Assembly (NCBI RefSeq): GCF_006345805.1
Contig: NC_043001.1
Coordinates: 43,338,001 to 43,402,000, forward strand
Length of the DNA stretch: 64,000 nt
Source of the DNA: Octopus sinensis
Lineage: Eukaryota
Direction of reading: 5' to 3'
Below the pieces are notes generated by a model. That model did no database searches and had not been told where the DNA came from. It worked only from the letters and a program-made list of their open reading frames with translations. Made by a program: the position numbers and the translations under genes. Positions 24,208-37,239 of this stretch are shown here, in pieces (position 1 is the first letter of the stretch; every line of letters begins with the position of its first letter).

Positions 24208-27200
24208 CTAAAATTTTTTAAAAAAATAACAGTAAAGATATCTACAACAAAAGATAAAATTATGAAGATGCAAAATAATAGAAAACAAATTTATATATTT
24301 ACAGGCAGCATGTTCAAGCATACTATATTTACTTGTGTATATAATATGCAGACCCACGTGTGAGCAACAAAATATCAGAAAAGTATCTCGTGTATAAAAT
24401 GCACAGACTTCTCTAGTATATATGGAAACAAGTTATAATTGCTGTATAAAATACACCAAATAAATGCACACATCCTCCATAAAAATCTTTGACCGTTACC
24501 AATTAAACATTTCTTCTCTCCCACATCCTAGTCTCCGTCATTTCCAGACCATCTTATGTTGCCTTGAATATACATACCTATCATAGAGTATTGAATGTTC
24601 ATACCAGCATCCCAATCACACATCGCTCTTATTTATGCCTCATTCAAAGAGACTAGCGAGCAAGCAATCAAGCAGAGACAGGGCTCTGAGAACCCCCTAG
24701 TCATATTGAAAACAGTTATTTCTCTAGCACTAGTGTCCCCTCCCCCACCAAAAAACCACACACTCTACACTTTAAAAAAACGTGAAGATTGTAAAGCCTA
24801 ACTGAGGATGCTAAAGCTCTAATGCTGGCATGATCAAAATCCCCAGTACACTGGAAAGCCATTGCTATTAGGAAGGGCATCCAGTTGTAGAAACCAAACA
24901 AGATGAGATCCTCTTCTAGGTGAAAACAGGATGCTTTAAATACAGACTATCTGTCCAATCCATGCTAGAGTAGAAAGCAGATGAAAAGGAATATATGTAC
25001 AACTACACCATATAGAGTGGCATTAAAAATACAAAATCTCTCAAATCACAACCCTTTTCTATGCAACCAATGCATGAAAATTACTCAACACAAAACTTGA
25101 GAGTGTGACCTGTATCACTCACCTAGCTGAATATAAAAGAAAAGATCTTAAACCAAGTTAACCAACTATCAAACCACCTGTACACATTTCATGATTTAAA
25201 AGCGACAAATTTTGAACTGAACAGAATTTGATACTCCAGAACAGCATTAATTAGTCATTCTTTATATGAGCATTATCTTCTTATAATTATATAAACTAAA
25301 ACACTTTTGAGAAACAAGAATTTGCACACATACTACCATACAATAAATATCTAGCTAAGATACAGGCTATTTCTCTTAACTATCTTCACCATCCCTACCC
25401 TTCACAAAACACTAACTCTTTATGACATTGACTAATAAATGCTTACTTAACATGAACTTCAACTTTAAACTCACCAGTTTAGGAAGTTCTGCAAAAATAA
25501 GATATTGCTCACTTGGATTAACACACAAAGTAATTTTATATGAAAAAAAATAAAAGTTATTAGAATTTTCAAATGTATTTTCAAGCAAAACAAAATATAA
25601 CTGTCTAGAAAAAAAATAAAGAACAAGGCTTATGGACCAAAAATAATAAGCCTGGTTATCTGTTCAGAACTTCTTAGAGGATAAGAACATCATAATTAAC
25701 TTCAGGAGTCAGAACTTTATCATCTCTACAGAGAACCCAAATCAACTATTGAACAAAACATGCAAACTGAAGAATAACAAGATGCAGAATATAAAAATAT
25801 TGTTAAAATAAATGCTAGAAAGTATTTTGTAGAATATATTTTAATTTGTTTGGTTTGGAGAAAGGTACCTGTGGCCTTTTGCACACATTGAGACTAGTGA
25901 AATAAATGTAGCTAATTTTCCTAACGATCACCCACCAACATACATGCAGCTAAAATAAAAAAGTACACCAGATCAGGCTCATATTAAAACAACCTATACA
26001 TTTTCAATTACTTATAAACTTCAACTAAAACATTAATACTATGCCAAAAAAGAAGCTAATATTTTACACCCAGACCCAGACCAACAGATACCACTCATAT
26101 TAGACTAGCTTAAAAGCCTGTGGCCCCAAACTAAAGAGAGCAATAATAATAAAGCATTTATTGGTACCCTATCAAAATGGTATTACTTTAAATTCAGAAA
26201 AAATGAAAAACTTGTAAGTTCAAAAATTTTGGGAGTTCTTTTAAAATTCAACTGTTAGCATATAAATTCTCATCTAGACCTGATCACAATGCTAGATGTT
26301 CAAGAACCAAATGAAGGGCAAATTTTCTATCTCAGGATCATCCTGATTCCAAAGACATATATGTCTATGTAGAGCAAATATAGACTGAGATACAGGCTAT
26401 TGAGTAATGCAGTCACTTAACACTGGCGCTTCTGAATTAAGTAATCCATGCCATAAAAAAAACTTGCAAATGAAATTTCATAAAATATAGGATTTAGAGG
26501 AAACAGTGTCCATGTCCGAAGAAATTTTGTAAAAATAACCATTTCATTATTACTCAGATGTTTAAAATAAAAAGCTATTATGTAAAATAATAGAAAAGTT
26601 TTAATTGAAAATGGACAGTTTAGTATCAAAAGGAATGTTTTACTTTCCAGATAAAAAATAAAGAATTGCTATTCATTAAAAGAGCTAAGCTGGTTTAGTA
26701 ACATTTACTAGCAAACCAATATTGTCTTGACCTTATCTTTTTTTAAAATTAGTTTGATTTTAGATACTTCATGTTGAACTTAAAACACCACTTCATTTTC
26801 ACATGTTAGTGCAAGATATTTTACGAGTAGAGACCGACAGCCATCAGGGATGCTTGGTTCCACAACAGAACTGATATTCATAACCATGAACTTTTGATCT
26901 ATCAAAAATCAGTTTACAAAAACTCACAATTTAATTAGACATCATGAATTGTATTTCAAAAAGTGATGTAACTTTTCAATGTTGTAAAACAAAGAATTGT
27001 CAAGACAAAACTTGGTGCCTCACCTAGTTATTTCCTCTTTAATTTTTATTTTCTTCTTTAATTACCAGATACTGAAAGATCACCTTTTATGCTTAATGAC
27101 ATGCTATATACATACATATATTATATGCATGCAAATTTAACTGAATGTTTATATATGTTGACCGTTGCTTTGAGCCTCTGAGAGCTAAGAATATAACTTC

Positions 27201-30200
27201 CTTCCTTGGTAACAAGAATAGCAACTGGTTGCAAAATCCCACCTCATATACACCCCCCTCCTCCAAACCATAGAAAAAGGGTACTACTTAAGAAGAGTGG
27301 TCCGGGTGTGTGTACTCGCACATCCGCGCTAGCTAGTCGATCCTTTGTGTTTTTGTGCTTTATTTACTGTTTTTAAAAAATTATGTTGTGTTTTATTTAT
27401 TTTGCTAGGTAGTTGTTGTAGGATCGACTAGTCACGGATACCCGCACCGGGACCACTCTTCTTTAGTACCAGAAAAAGTTACACAAGCATAAGACTCAGC
27501 TACAAGCCACATGCAGTTTGAAAGGTATTAATATAAATGTCAGTTCTCTCCCCACAAATTTCGTTGCAATTGTAATCTATGCAGATTGAAAGAAAAAAAC
27601 TTGGATCTTGTGAATTTTCCAAAGTCCTCACCCCACCCACTCCACTGCTTTATGTGCATTTTTGTTTTCATACTGCACTATTTCTTTTTATTTCATTTCC
27701 AGGCAATATTGTAAGCATTAACTATATATTTCAGTCTCAATCTGATATTTTATGCTTACGTCGAATCTACTGCACGTCAGTTCTCGCCCAAACATGAGCA
27801 AAAATCATTCAATTGATCGATCCCTCCAATCTATATTAGTAGTGCTTTTCAAACTCCAACCACCAGCAATTGAGCTTAACTTGCCTTCATGCATTCAACA
27901 AAGTTCTTTCAGAAGTGAAATAGCACATTGCTCTCTGGTCTCTCACAAAGAGGATTACTTGACAGTAGCCTTGTACCAAGTTGAAATTTCAAACAAAATC
28001 ATTTCTTTCATTTATACAATTGCTAAATTTGAAAACTCTGATCATTCCAATCCGGAAGTCCAATGTTTGTTATAGTGTTTATTCAATACACACAGCTAGC
28101 TATTTAATGTAACCTATTCAGTATACAAATATAATTTTTAAATTACAAACCTGTTAAATTCTCATTTTAATATTGACAGTTATAAAGAAAATATTTTCTA
28201 GATACCATATAAACTCAACTCTAAAATAAAAAAAAAATTTAATGAATTGCTACAAAACAAAAAAAATTCCTACCTAGTCTTTCCAATTCACGGAGGGCAA
28301 GTTTTGCCAGAGAACCACGAATCTTCAATCTTTCACTAACCACTGAAGGTGTGACCAGTTTATAGCTTGGGACTTCTTTTAACAACTTATCATAAGTAGC
28401 ATTGTCAAAAAATACTAAATTATTTAACTTGTCCCTGACTTTTCCTTTTGACCACTTCTGCAATGGAAAAAAAAAAACAGCAGTTAGTAAAATACTTTGA
28501 TCAGTTAAGTAAAAGTTTTTCATGAGATATGTATAAAATGAGTGATAAAGTTCAGAACATACACATAGTGCACCTGTCTTGACGGACTTAATTGTATTTG
28601 TTTCTTTTCTAATCAGAAGTGCTTTTGACCAACAAGTATGAAGTATTTGGCAGGGAAATTTTGCTTGCTCATCATTAATAAACTTTCTTACTTGTGGGAG
28701 CTTATGAATAGTTTATGTAGTACTGAACTTAAGTTTTAAATATTTTCCCAAGTAATTAATATATTTTTCTAACACTACTGTATTCATTCACAAAATGTGT
28801 TATATTTCACATCAGTCATCATTAAGCTATTCTTTTCTGATGAGGTCTAATAAGACCAGAACATATCTAGGAGTTACCATACTTCTTGAGATCAAAGTCA
28901 ATTCCCATCGGACTCCATGTTTTAATATTTTTCATCTCCCCATTATACTTCACTTTTTAAAAACCAAAATTAAAAGGATTACATTAATCACAAAGAATGT
29001 AATTTGAACTGTTTTATGACTGTCACTGCTTTAATGCAAAAATTGGTAGCCAGCCAATTCATGATAATTTCATTTAACACTTCAATATCAGACTGGAATT
29101 GATTTGCTAATAAAAACAAAATCCATAGCCTTCAGTGTTATTTATACACAATATGTATGGTATTTTGAGTTACTCAACAGTTACATTAAATGATCCATAA
29201 ATTTATTATGTTCCATTATATAAATGCAAGATTGTTCCTGGACTCAGTGTTCCAGTCTTGGTCATCAAGTTTATCTTAAAAACACATCAATGCTTTTATA
29301 ATATTAAAAAAAAAAATTTTGGAGCTTTTCCCTCATAACTTTCAGGAAATGGATATATATTGGATTTTTTTTTTATGGATTCCCACGTTTTCAGCTATGG
29401 AGAATCCGATTCTGAAAAAAAAATTGTAAAATTTCAATCTGTCAAAAGAAATTTTTTAAATTGCATGCAACCCCCCCCCCACGCCCAATTCTACGGCCTT
29501 GGCCTTCAAGCTGGCTATCCACATGCTAGAAATATGCAATCAATCTACTCATCTCAAGTGAAATTAAAGTGTTCATTCTTTTGCTTTGAAAGTTATAGCA
29601 AAGAAATACTGTGACAAAGTGAACTTAAAGAGAATCATTTGACCAGCACAAGACATTTGCGAAACAGAAATTGGTCTTGCCCATTTGAGATTTGGCTGCT
29701 ATTTCTAGCATGTGGATAACCTGCTTGAAGGCAAAAAGCCGTAGAATTGGGAGAGGAGGTTGTTGGGGGTTTTTTCCAATATATATCCATTTTCCTGAAT
29801 AATATGAGGGAAAAATCGGATCTTTTGAATTTTCCGGAAGTCCCCTCCTCCCACCCATATTCGTTTTTTACAATTAACACTCAGCAGGCTGTTCTTTTGT
29901 TTACGTTAACGCGTGAGGATCTTAGAAATATTTTTCAGAATCGTAATCTTCGCATTTTTCTACGTATTTGGGGGGGGGGGTAGAAGGGTTGAATATATTA
30001 TATTGATAATGCGATTTTTGAAATTTTTTTTTTTTTCAGAATCGGATCCTCCATAGCCAAAAACGTGGGATTCCGTAAAAAAAGAAATCAATATATATAC
30101 ATATCCATTTTCCCAAAAGTTATAACGGGAAAATCGGATGTGGATTTTCCGAAAGTCCCTTCCCCCAACCCGCCAGGGTCATCAGCGTGCATTTTTTTCT

Positions 30201-31919
30201 CCATTTTCGTTTTCCACACACTTGTTAACCCCAGGTTGGCTAATTTTTTGTTTTGTTCCCGAGTGAAGGTCTTTATATTGACCCTGATGCATCCCCATTC
30301 CTACAGGTAATCAACAATCGAGAGTAACATACTATTAACGAAAAAATTTTAAATCAGGTTATATAAAAATTTCCACAATTTGAAACATATAGACAGCATT
30401 TAGAATCGATATTTACCTTCTTTTTGGCTTTACCACCGGATCCTCCTTCCTTCTTTTTCTTTTCCGGCTGTTTTCCTCCTTTTCCTCCCTTGCTATCTGT
30501 CTTTTTGGGCGGCTACAAGAAAATATTTGACGGTGAAGATGAAAAATATATATTTTTTTTAATGAAAATCTATTTTAATTTGGTTATTAACAAGGCGTTA
30601 ATAGGACCACTCTTCTTAAATAGTACCGCGTTAAGATTATATGCGCTCTTATTTATATCGAAAATTGGCAATCTTTCGTCTCTAGTAGACCTTTCCGTCG
30701 ATTTCCGTAAAAAAATTTTTTTTTTTTTTTTTACATATGGGCTTGCGGGAACTTTTGAAGCAATGAGAGCGAAAGAGACTAAGACAAAGCCATTAGAAAC
30801 ATGTAGGACGAGAAAATTAGTCATTTCGACAAATGGCTTAATTGTAAATATATTCCTCGTTATATCCAAGACTCCGATCAAACAATATACTTAGGTTAGC
30901 AAGCGTCGAGAGGACATGTCAATCTTAACTAAAGCGGAGTCGGCTATAATAGAATGAATAAAAACCCAAAATAACTCAAAATGAAACGAATGGCTAAAAT
31001 TTTCAAAATATGTGACTGATAAATTACTTCAGAATACTGTTTACATTTAACAGCTTAATTTCCTGGCAGTCTTTTTAATTCCATCACGTCGATTAGCCAT
31101 CTATTTTTGTACATTACTGTTGATGTTATTACAGAAATATTGGTTTCGAATTTTGGTACAAGGCCAGCAACTTCAGAAGAGAGGTATGTCGATTACATCG
31201 ACGCCAATATTCGACTGGTACTAATTTTATCGAGCTAGGTAGAATTTTAAAGCCGAACGGAACAAATGCCGATAAGTATTTTGCCCGGCGTGTCAATTCT
31301 GCCAGCTTGCCGTCTTGAAGAGTATCCGAAAAAAGAACAAAATCAAACAGTACATCGTAACGGAAAAAGCAAATTTTAAGCGAATTGAATATGTAGTAGA
31401 AAGCAAATTAGAACAAGCTATAACTGTTTGAGCTGATTGTATTTGCAACAAAATGAGAGGAATGTGATATTTATGGTTAATTTTCGCTAAAATCGCATTC
31501 TTTCAATTGCCCAGATGAAAAGAAATGCGTGTATCCCTAAAAATACCACGTGTACTTTGATGGTAGACAGACCACATTTATGAATTATTTTGTGACATTC
31601 ACAAACCGATTTCAGGGCTATTTTGTACCTTCATACACCATATACATATCAATTCCTAAAGATCCTACTTCCGGATAAATTAAATGAAACTTTACTTTAA
31701 CAATTGTGTTAAATAAGCTGCCATGTTGAGAAATGCATTGAGGAGGTAGAAGAAATTATAACGTATAATTAAAAGACATTAACTTACTCTAAACACTAAA
31801 GAAATTACTATCAGAAGTAATGTAATCGATTAAATTGTGTTATATTGAGCGTTGGTAAGAATTTAAGCAACACTAATAAAATGAATTGCGAAAAAATAAG
31901 AAGGAGAAGAACGTACCAT
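24134..31919 (-). CDS. RPS25: 40S ribosomal protein S25 (eS25), 118 aa
   Basis: Exons on -: 31919-31917 (ATG|gtacgt), 30512-30417 ([10 protein letters not shown]...GGKAKKK), 28457-28274 ([61 protein letters not shown]), 24207-24134 ([24 protein letters not shown]). Total 357 nt. AATAAA on - at 24117-24112. Confidence 0.96.
27280..27470. mobile_element. ~190-bp MITE/hairpin with GC-rich arms in RPS25 intron 3
   Basis: AAGAAGAGTGGTCCGGGTG...CTAGTCGATCCT versus AGGATCGACTAG...CACCGGGACCACTCTTCTT, around an AT-rich centre. Confidence 0.7.
28274..28457 (-). CDS. RPS25: RPS25 exon 3
   Basis: ttgcag|AAG TGG TCA ... AGA CTA G|gtagga; 184 nt. Confidence 0.96.
28608..28680 (-). ncRNA. Candidate intronic box C/D snoRNA in RPS25 intron 2
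   Basis: Sense to RPS25: TAA-TGATGA (box C ATGATGA, 28675-28669) ... CTGA-TTA (box D, 28616-28613). 3-bp closing stem, ~70 nt long, 150 nt upstream of the exon 3 acceptor. No target identified. Confidence 0.55.
29325..30130. repeat. Foldback-like copies of the ATCCGATTCTG repeat family in RPS25 intron 2
   Basis: CTATGGAGAATCCGATTCTGAAAA (~29396) versus TTTCAGAATCGGATCCTCCATAG (~30035). CTTCAAGCTGGCTATCCACATGCTAGAAATA versus TATTTCTAGCATGTGGATAACCTGCTTGAAG. Confidence 0.6.
30417..30512 (-). CDS. RPS25: RPS25 exon 2
   Basis: ttgtag|CCG CCC AAA ... AAA AAG AAG|gtaaat; 96 nt. Confidence 0.94.
31141..31317 (-). mobile_element. tRNA-derived SINE, second family, in RPS25 intron 1
   Basis: TTGGTTTCGAATTTTGGTACAAGGCCAGCAA...GTCGATTACATCGAC...GACTGGTACT. 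Second copy at 52435-52625. Confidence 0.7.
31917..31919 (-). CDS. RPS25: RPS25 exon 1, coding part (ATG only)
   Basis: GATG|GTACGT donor downstream of a pyrimidine-tract start. An ATG-only first exon matches my recollection of vertebrate RPS25. Confidence 0.8.
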
Positions 31920-31943
31920 CCTATACGTCCACGAGGTTGTAGC

Positions 31944-31997
31944 AGAAAGAAAGACTTCAAGTGCGACTGCGCAGAGAAATTGCCCGGATATATATAA
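31944..31997 (-). promoter_or_regulatory. RPS25 core promoter: TCT/5'TOP pyrimidine tract and TATA-like element
   Basis: Minus strand has TTATATATAT (31997-31988) about 35-40 nt upstream of TCTTTCTTTCT (31954-31944), which is ~25 nt before the ATG. Confidence 0.65.
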
Positions 31998-32443
31998 GGC
32001 CGCTTAAGATTAAGATCTATCTTTGATAGATAAGGGGGAAATTTCGAGGGCAAAAACCATCTTCAAATATTTATTGATCCTGAATGATATAACAAAAATG
32101 CTCACAAAAATATTCGTTCACAAGATTTCACTTCTGTTGCTATTTCGAAATAAGAGGCATAGCATGTCAGAAACTGTATGTGTGTATGTGCGCACGCGCG
32201 CAACCAACCATGCCATTGAGGAGAAAATATATTAAGGAAACATACTGATTAAATACGCATAAGGTCTTATATATGTAATATAAGTTGGGGTTGAGAAACT
32301 TCGATTAGCTGAGATTAGTCATGCAATTAATAGACAAGACCTTTCTAAAACTTTTTAAAATAAAATCAAGCAAGCAAATTTTGGGGAAAATAAATATAAA
32401 GAGTGGATCTGGTTTTTAGTATCGTTATATATGTATGTATACA

Positions 32444-32457
32444 TTCACACACACACA

Positions 32458-32556
<99 letters not shown>

Positions 32557-32557
32557 C
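32444..32557. repeat. (CA)n + (TA)n compound microsatellite
   Basis: Seen directly. Confidence 0.95.
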
Positions 32558-32852
32558 TACAGAAAATTAAGTAAATTTCGAACGAGGGATAGCTGTACAA
32601 ACAGCCTAAAAGGTTGGGTAAATACTTCTAGAAGACGGGGAAAAAAAGTTACAAACAGGCGGCTAGAGAGAATCGAACCCTGTACCTCTCAGATACCGTC
32701 TGCTAGCAACTTTTTTTCTGTTTTCTAGGGGAATTGACCCAATTTTCTTGGTTGTCTTCATAGCTACCCAGCGTTCGAAATTTAATTTATTTACTGTAAA
32801 ATACCAACCTATTCGATGCATCCTAAGTTTGTTGACAAAATATGCTCATATA

Positions 32853-33170
32853 CTTATGGGCAGCTGCTCTTCCATGGAAACAAAGTTTCCGGACCTCGCG
32901 CCGAACAATCATCGTGCTTAGAGTAGATCCTGTGTGATGGTGATGAGGGGTGATAGACCATTATGCCGTAGGACCCTCTTCAACATCCGACGGTCTTTGG
33001 GGGTTAACATGGTCAGCCTGAACGCTTTTGGGTTGTACACGACTCTTCACGTTTCCACTTCGTTCTTACATCGGAAACAGTGGACCTAGGGATATTGAGG
33101 AGGGTGGAAATCTCGTGCACTGGCTTAATAGACAAGTGGTGGCGGACGTAAAGAATGTGGACCGCACCCT
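32853..33170 (-). mobile_element. Tc1-family transposase N-terminal (HTH) fragment
   Basis: Manual minus-strand translation gives HEISTLLNIPRSTVSDVRTKWKRE...RSG and, in another frame, FHGRAAAHK (32879-32853). Confidence 0.8.
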
Positions 33171-33306
33171 CTTTCATTTTTTTTTTTTTACAGAATACGC
33201 CATTTTCGAGTACGGAGGTACTGTTACTGCAAAAAAAAAAAAAGCTGCGTTTTAAAATTTTAATTCCCCCTCCAATTCTTGGGTGGGGTGGGGGGAAATT
33301 AAACTT

Positions 33307-35915
33307 TTAAAATGATCCTGCACAATGGCAGTTAAATCGATTGCAGCAGGAGATGAAAGAGAACATACGGCAACGAGAGAGTGCGTCAGCAGGTACGTTC
33401 TCTGTTTCAGGTATATGCCGAATGTCACTCATGAACTGGGAAATGTAGTCCAGGTGACAAAAAGCACGAGGTGGGTGTCTGTCCAATTTAGATGACAGAG
33501 CAAATGTAAGCGGTTTGCGATCAGTATAAATCACAAAATCTCGGCCATCAAGTTGATATTGAGAATGACGAACCGACAGGTAGATCGCTAAGAGTTCACA
33601 ATCAAATATACTGTAATGATGTTCAGCTGGCTTTAATTGACGAGAAAAAAATGCCAAAGGTCAAGTTTGATTATCGATGGTATGTTGTAAAACGGCCCCG
33701 ACCGCAGAATCCAATGCATCAACTGTTAAAGAGAGACAAGCATCAGGAACTGGATGTGCAAGCAAAGGAAAAGAAGCTATTTCCTTCTTGATTTACACAA
33801 AAGAAGATAGTGCCTCAGCAGATAAAGTGATAGGAGAATTTTTTTGTTTTATTTGCTTTCAATAGTTGAATCAAAGGATGTAACATGTTTGCACATTTAG
33901 GTATGAATCCCCTGTAGAAGTTGACGTTTCCCAAGAAATGACACAGATGGCATAAAGAAGTGGAAAGTGAGATGCATTGATTTGTATCGACTTTGGAGGA
34001 GAGAGGTCAGATACCATTAGAGTCGATATAATGACCTAGGAATTTCAGAGAGGTTTATCCGAAAACACATTTAGCAGGGTTGATTCGCACATTGTCGGGG
34101 CAAAGATGCTGGAAAAGTTGAGATTAGTGATGGAGGTGATTTTCATGTGAGTCACTAGCTATGAGCAAATCATCCATGTAAGCAAGCGCACAGTCAAGTC
34201 CACAGACAACTTCATCAATAAACCTCTGGAATGTACTCATTGCATTCTGCAAACTGAAGCTCATAAACAGGAACTCAAAACTTCCAAAAGGAGTGGTAAT
34301 GGCAGTTTTTGTGTATATTGTCAGGGTTCATCGGAATTGGATGATAAGCCCAGATGAGGTCAACCTTGGAAAAAACAGTACAACCATGCAAGTGTGAAGC
34401 AAAATCCTGGAGATTCCTTAATGGATAGTGATCTGGAACAGTGACCGCATTTAAACATGTATAATCACTCACTGGATGAAAATCTGAATCCCCTTTCCAA
34501 GCCAAATGAAGAGGAGATGCTCAAGAGCTGGTGGAGGGGCGAATAAGGCTGAGTTGAAGCATATACTCAAACTCAGATCAAGCCTTTTTGAGCCAATCAG
34601 GGGCGAGTCACTGTGGACATGAAAAAACGGGTGGTCCAGAAGTAGTGATATAATGGTGAATCGAGTGCGTAATTTTGTCTGATTTGAAAGTCGGATCTAC
34701 CAGCTCTGGGAAAGAAGCCAAAAGAGAGTGGAATTGATCTCCAGCAGTGGCGACAAAAAATGACTGGCTGAAAACAGCATTAGTAGTAACCCGAGCAGGG
34801 GTAAGCAAAGATGTAGAATCGTCCATGAGTCTGTCGCCTGACATCTTACTAATAAGTGAAAGTGGCTTTAGAAGTCTGCACCCAGAATAGAGTGTGGTAG
34901 ATCTGCTATAATGAAACCCACCTAAAATCCCTTCAAAGGTTGAGATCTAGGTTTAATGAGACCTGACTGTAAGTTTTTATTGGGGATAGATTCACCGTAT
35001 GCAGGTTAATGACAGATTGCTTTGCTTGTCTGAAGTAACATGCAAAGGCCAACTCTAACAGCTGGATCCAGTGTCAACCATGAATGATTCGTTAGACTCA
35101 TGATCCTTAACAAAGAATGCATGATGAGATGAAAAAATGGCGGGAAGAAACTGACATGCCCAAATCTTCTGCAACTAGTTTTCCGACAGCTTGAATGAAC
35201 AGGGTTGGATGCATCAATGGGCTTTGTCCTTAAATCTAGCATGGTACCAGCAGAGATTGGAAACCATTGAAACAGAACTAGATGACTGTGACTAAGAGCT
35301 GGTGTGTTCTTGCCACAGTGTGTCCATGCAACATGTTAATGCATCGACTCTCTCCAAAATGTTGTCATATGATGAGGCAGGAGACTTTGTAGTAGTAGGT
35401 GAAGCTACTAAAGGGTCTGAACAGGTATGGTGAAGTGCAGGCTGTACAGTAAGCTCTATGATCTTGTCCACCATGGTGGCTATCTGATTGAGCAAATTGG
35501 AGTCGACTGTTGTGGCCAGTATTGATTGGACATTCAGCGGTAGACAAGAGGAAAACAATTTCCTTAGCAGAAGATTGTCCTCAAGTGGAATATTGCTGAG
35601 TTCTCGCAACCAATGAAGAAACTCAGATGGTGTCCTATCTCTCAGATGTTCATCTTGCATCAGTGTCTGGAATTTACTCTCTGCGGATTGTGTGTTCCAA
35701 CGGAGAACCTCAGATTTCATGGACACGTAAGTTGCATCTGGATGTGGGTCAGTGATGAGATCTTTCACTGAGCGTGCGAGAGGTGAAGGCATTCCACAGT
35801 ACAAAAGGTTCAGTTGCTGTTGGTGAGGTACAGCATGGGCGGAAAAATATGCATCCAATTGAGCAAACCAAAGTGTGACATCACCAGAGTATGGAGGCAA
35901 GTTGGGAAGACTCAT
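33307..35915 (-). mobile_element. Decayed Gypsy/Ty3 LTR retrotransposon gag-pol, truncated after RNase H
   Basis: gag from ATG 35915 (LPPYSGDVTLWFAQLDAYF...DRTPSEFL), ILGADF protease tail (~34890), RT (YPLRNLQDF...FSKVDLIWAYHPIP; AYMDDLLIAS ~34180), RNase H (FFSRQLKPAEHHYSIFDCELLAIY...YTDRKPL...ADALSR). No integrase seen. Confidence 0.9.
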
Positions 35916-36864
35916 CTTTTACAGAGGAAAGAAAGGGAAAAGGAAAAAAGCATGGGAATGTACAAAACTCTCACAGAGAAAAGGACCAAAGAACCGACAA
36001 AAATGTTGTTGGAATAATAAATGTGTGTGCAGTAAAAAATTTTCTTAACAAAATAAAAAATTTTTTTTGTACTATGTGCAGAAAGGAAAAAAATATTTTC
36101 TTTTTTGTTTTAGTTGCCAAACCTGTGTTACAGTCCGCTGAAAAAAATATTTGATCCATTCTTTTCTTTTTTCAAGATGATGTCAGAAATTGTCAGGCGA
36201 ATTGATATGTTTTCTGTTTCTGACAACATATAAGGCATTGGAACATGGCAGTAGACAGGAATGATGGCTATAGGCTTCAACAGGTAAAATGGCTAAAATG
36301 AAATGGCGGGAAACAATCTCATCATTGCAAGTCTACCGGCTCATTCCTAGCAGTTTTCATCATTTCTCAACATGGCATCGTTTGTTTACTTTGTCTATGG
36401 AGCGTGGTACCTCAGGGGAAACGAGTAGGAGATGAATTTGTGATTCTTCTCTTCTGTTAATTCGTGTATATAAGTTTGTACTGCTTTTCTGTTTTGAGGT
36501 GGAGCAAACACATGAACATAGAAAGACACAAGGTGCAGCACTGAGAAGCAACTAGCAAGTGGGAATATCTACAACATTCAACAACTGGAAGATAAGGTGC
36601 AAAGTCGTCCACGTGTGAATCTCATTCTTTTAGGAATTGTAACTATGGTAAAACTTTCATATTCAAACTTGGGCTGTGAAGTTGATGGCTGGCTTGCTTG
36701 AAGTATGTCCTCTCATTGCTGCATTTAGAAACAGGTGAGCCATTTTAACAACAATAGAAGATTCCGGTTGCTGAAAATCCTTTTAGACAGAGTCACTATT
36801 TTATAATGGAAGGAAGGTTTTTATGATACTTTTTGGGTATCTTCTTTTTCCATTATAATTATTC

Positions 36865-37226
36865 TGTTGATTCAAGGAGCTGGAGATACAAAGAATGAAG
36901 CAGAGTAAATTCAATAACCGTTTATTCACAGGTACTTCGTACAAGGGGTTTGCTTTTAGTAATCATCTTCACAGCAGTGCATAGTTAGCCTTCTCTCCCA
37001 TACATGTGAGGTTCAATAACTCCTGGAGACAAAAGTTCATTGTGAGCTCCTGGCTTCAAAGTGTCTTCTCAGTGTCAGCGTGAGAAGAATGAAAGGGAAA
37101 ATGTTGTTGTCTTTTCCTTAAATAACAGTTGCAGGTGAGATCTTGTTTTTGTGTCACATATGGCAATGATTCCAGGCAAGATCTTGCTGTTTCAAAATGG
37201 TGCTGGCTTCTTTGTGCCTCGCTACA
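36865..37226 (-). mobile_element. Probable LTR (solo or orphaned), 362 bp
   Basis: Minus strand begins TGTAGCG and ends CAACA, with AATAAAA ~60 nt from the end. No TSD and no PBS seen. Confidence 0.45.
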
Positions 37227-37239
37227 ACCTTATATTAAA

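Noticed and set aside
28811-28823. Second ATGATGA box on the RPS25 sense strand
   Set aside because: The nearest CTGA is immediately adjacent and the next is ~200 nt away, so it does not have snoRNA geometry.
30130-30185. CTGATGA...GAAA on the minus strand as a hammerhead
   Set aside because: Stem II does not close next to GAAA and no stem I partner exists. It lies within the foldback repeat.
32660-32710. tRNA-like B box (GGTTCGATTC on the minus strand)
   Set aside because: There is no D arm, A box or complete cloverleaf; at most a tRNA or SINE remnant.
32880-32900. AAAGTTTCCGGACCTCG resembles the RNase MRP CR-I region (AAAGUCCCCGGACCUCG)
   Set aside because: The opposite strand encodes a Tc1 transposase fragment, and no matching CR-V/P4 partner was found.
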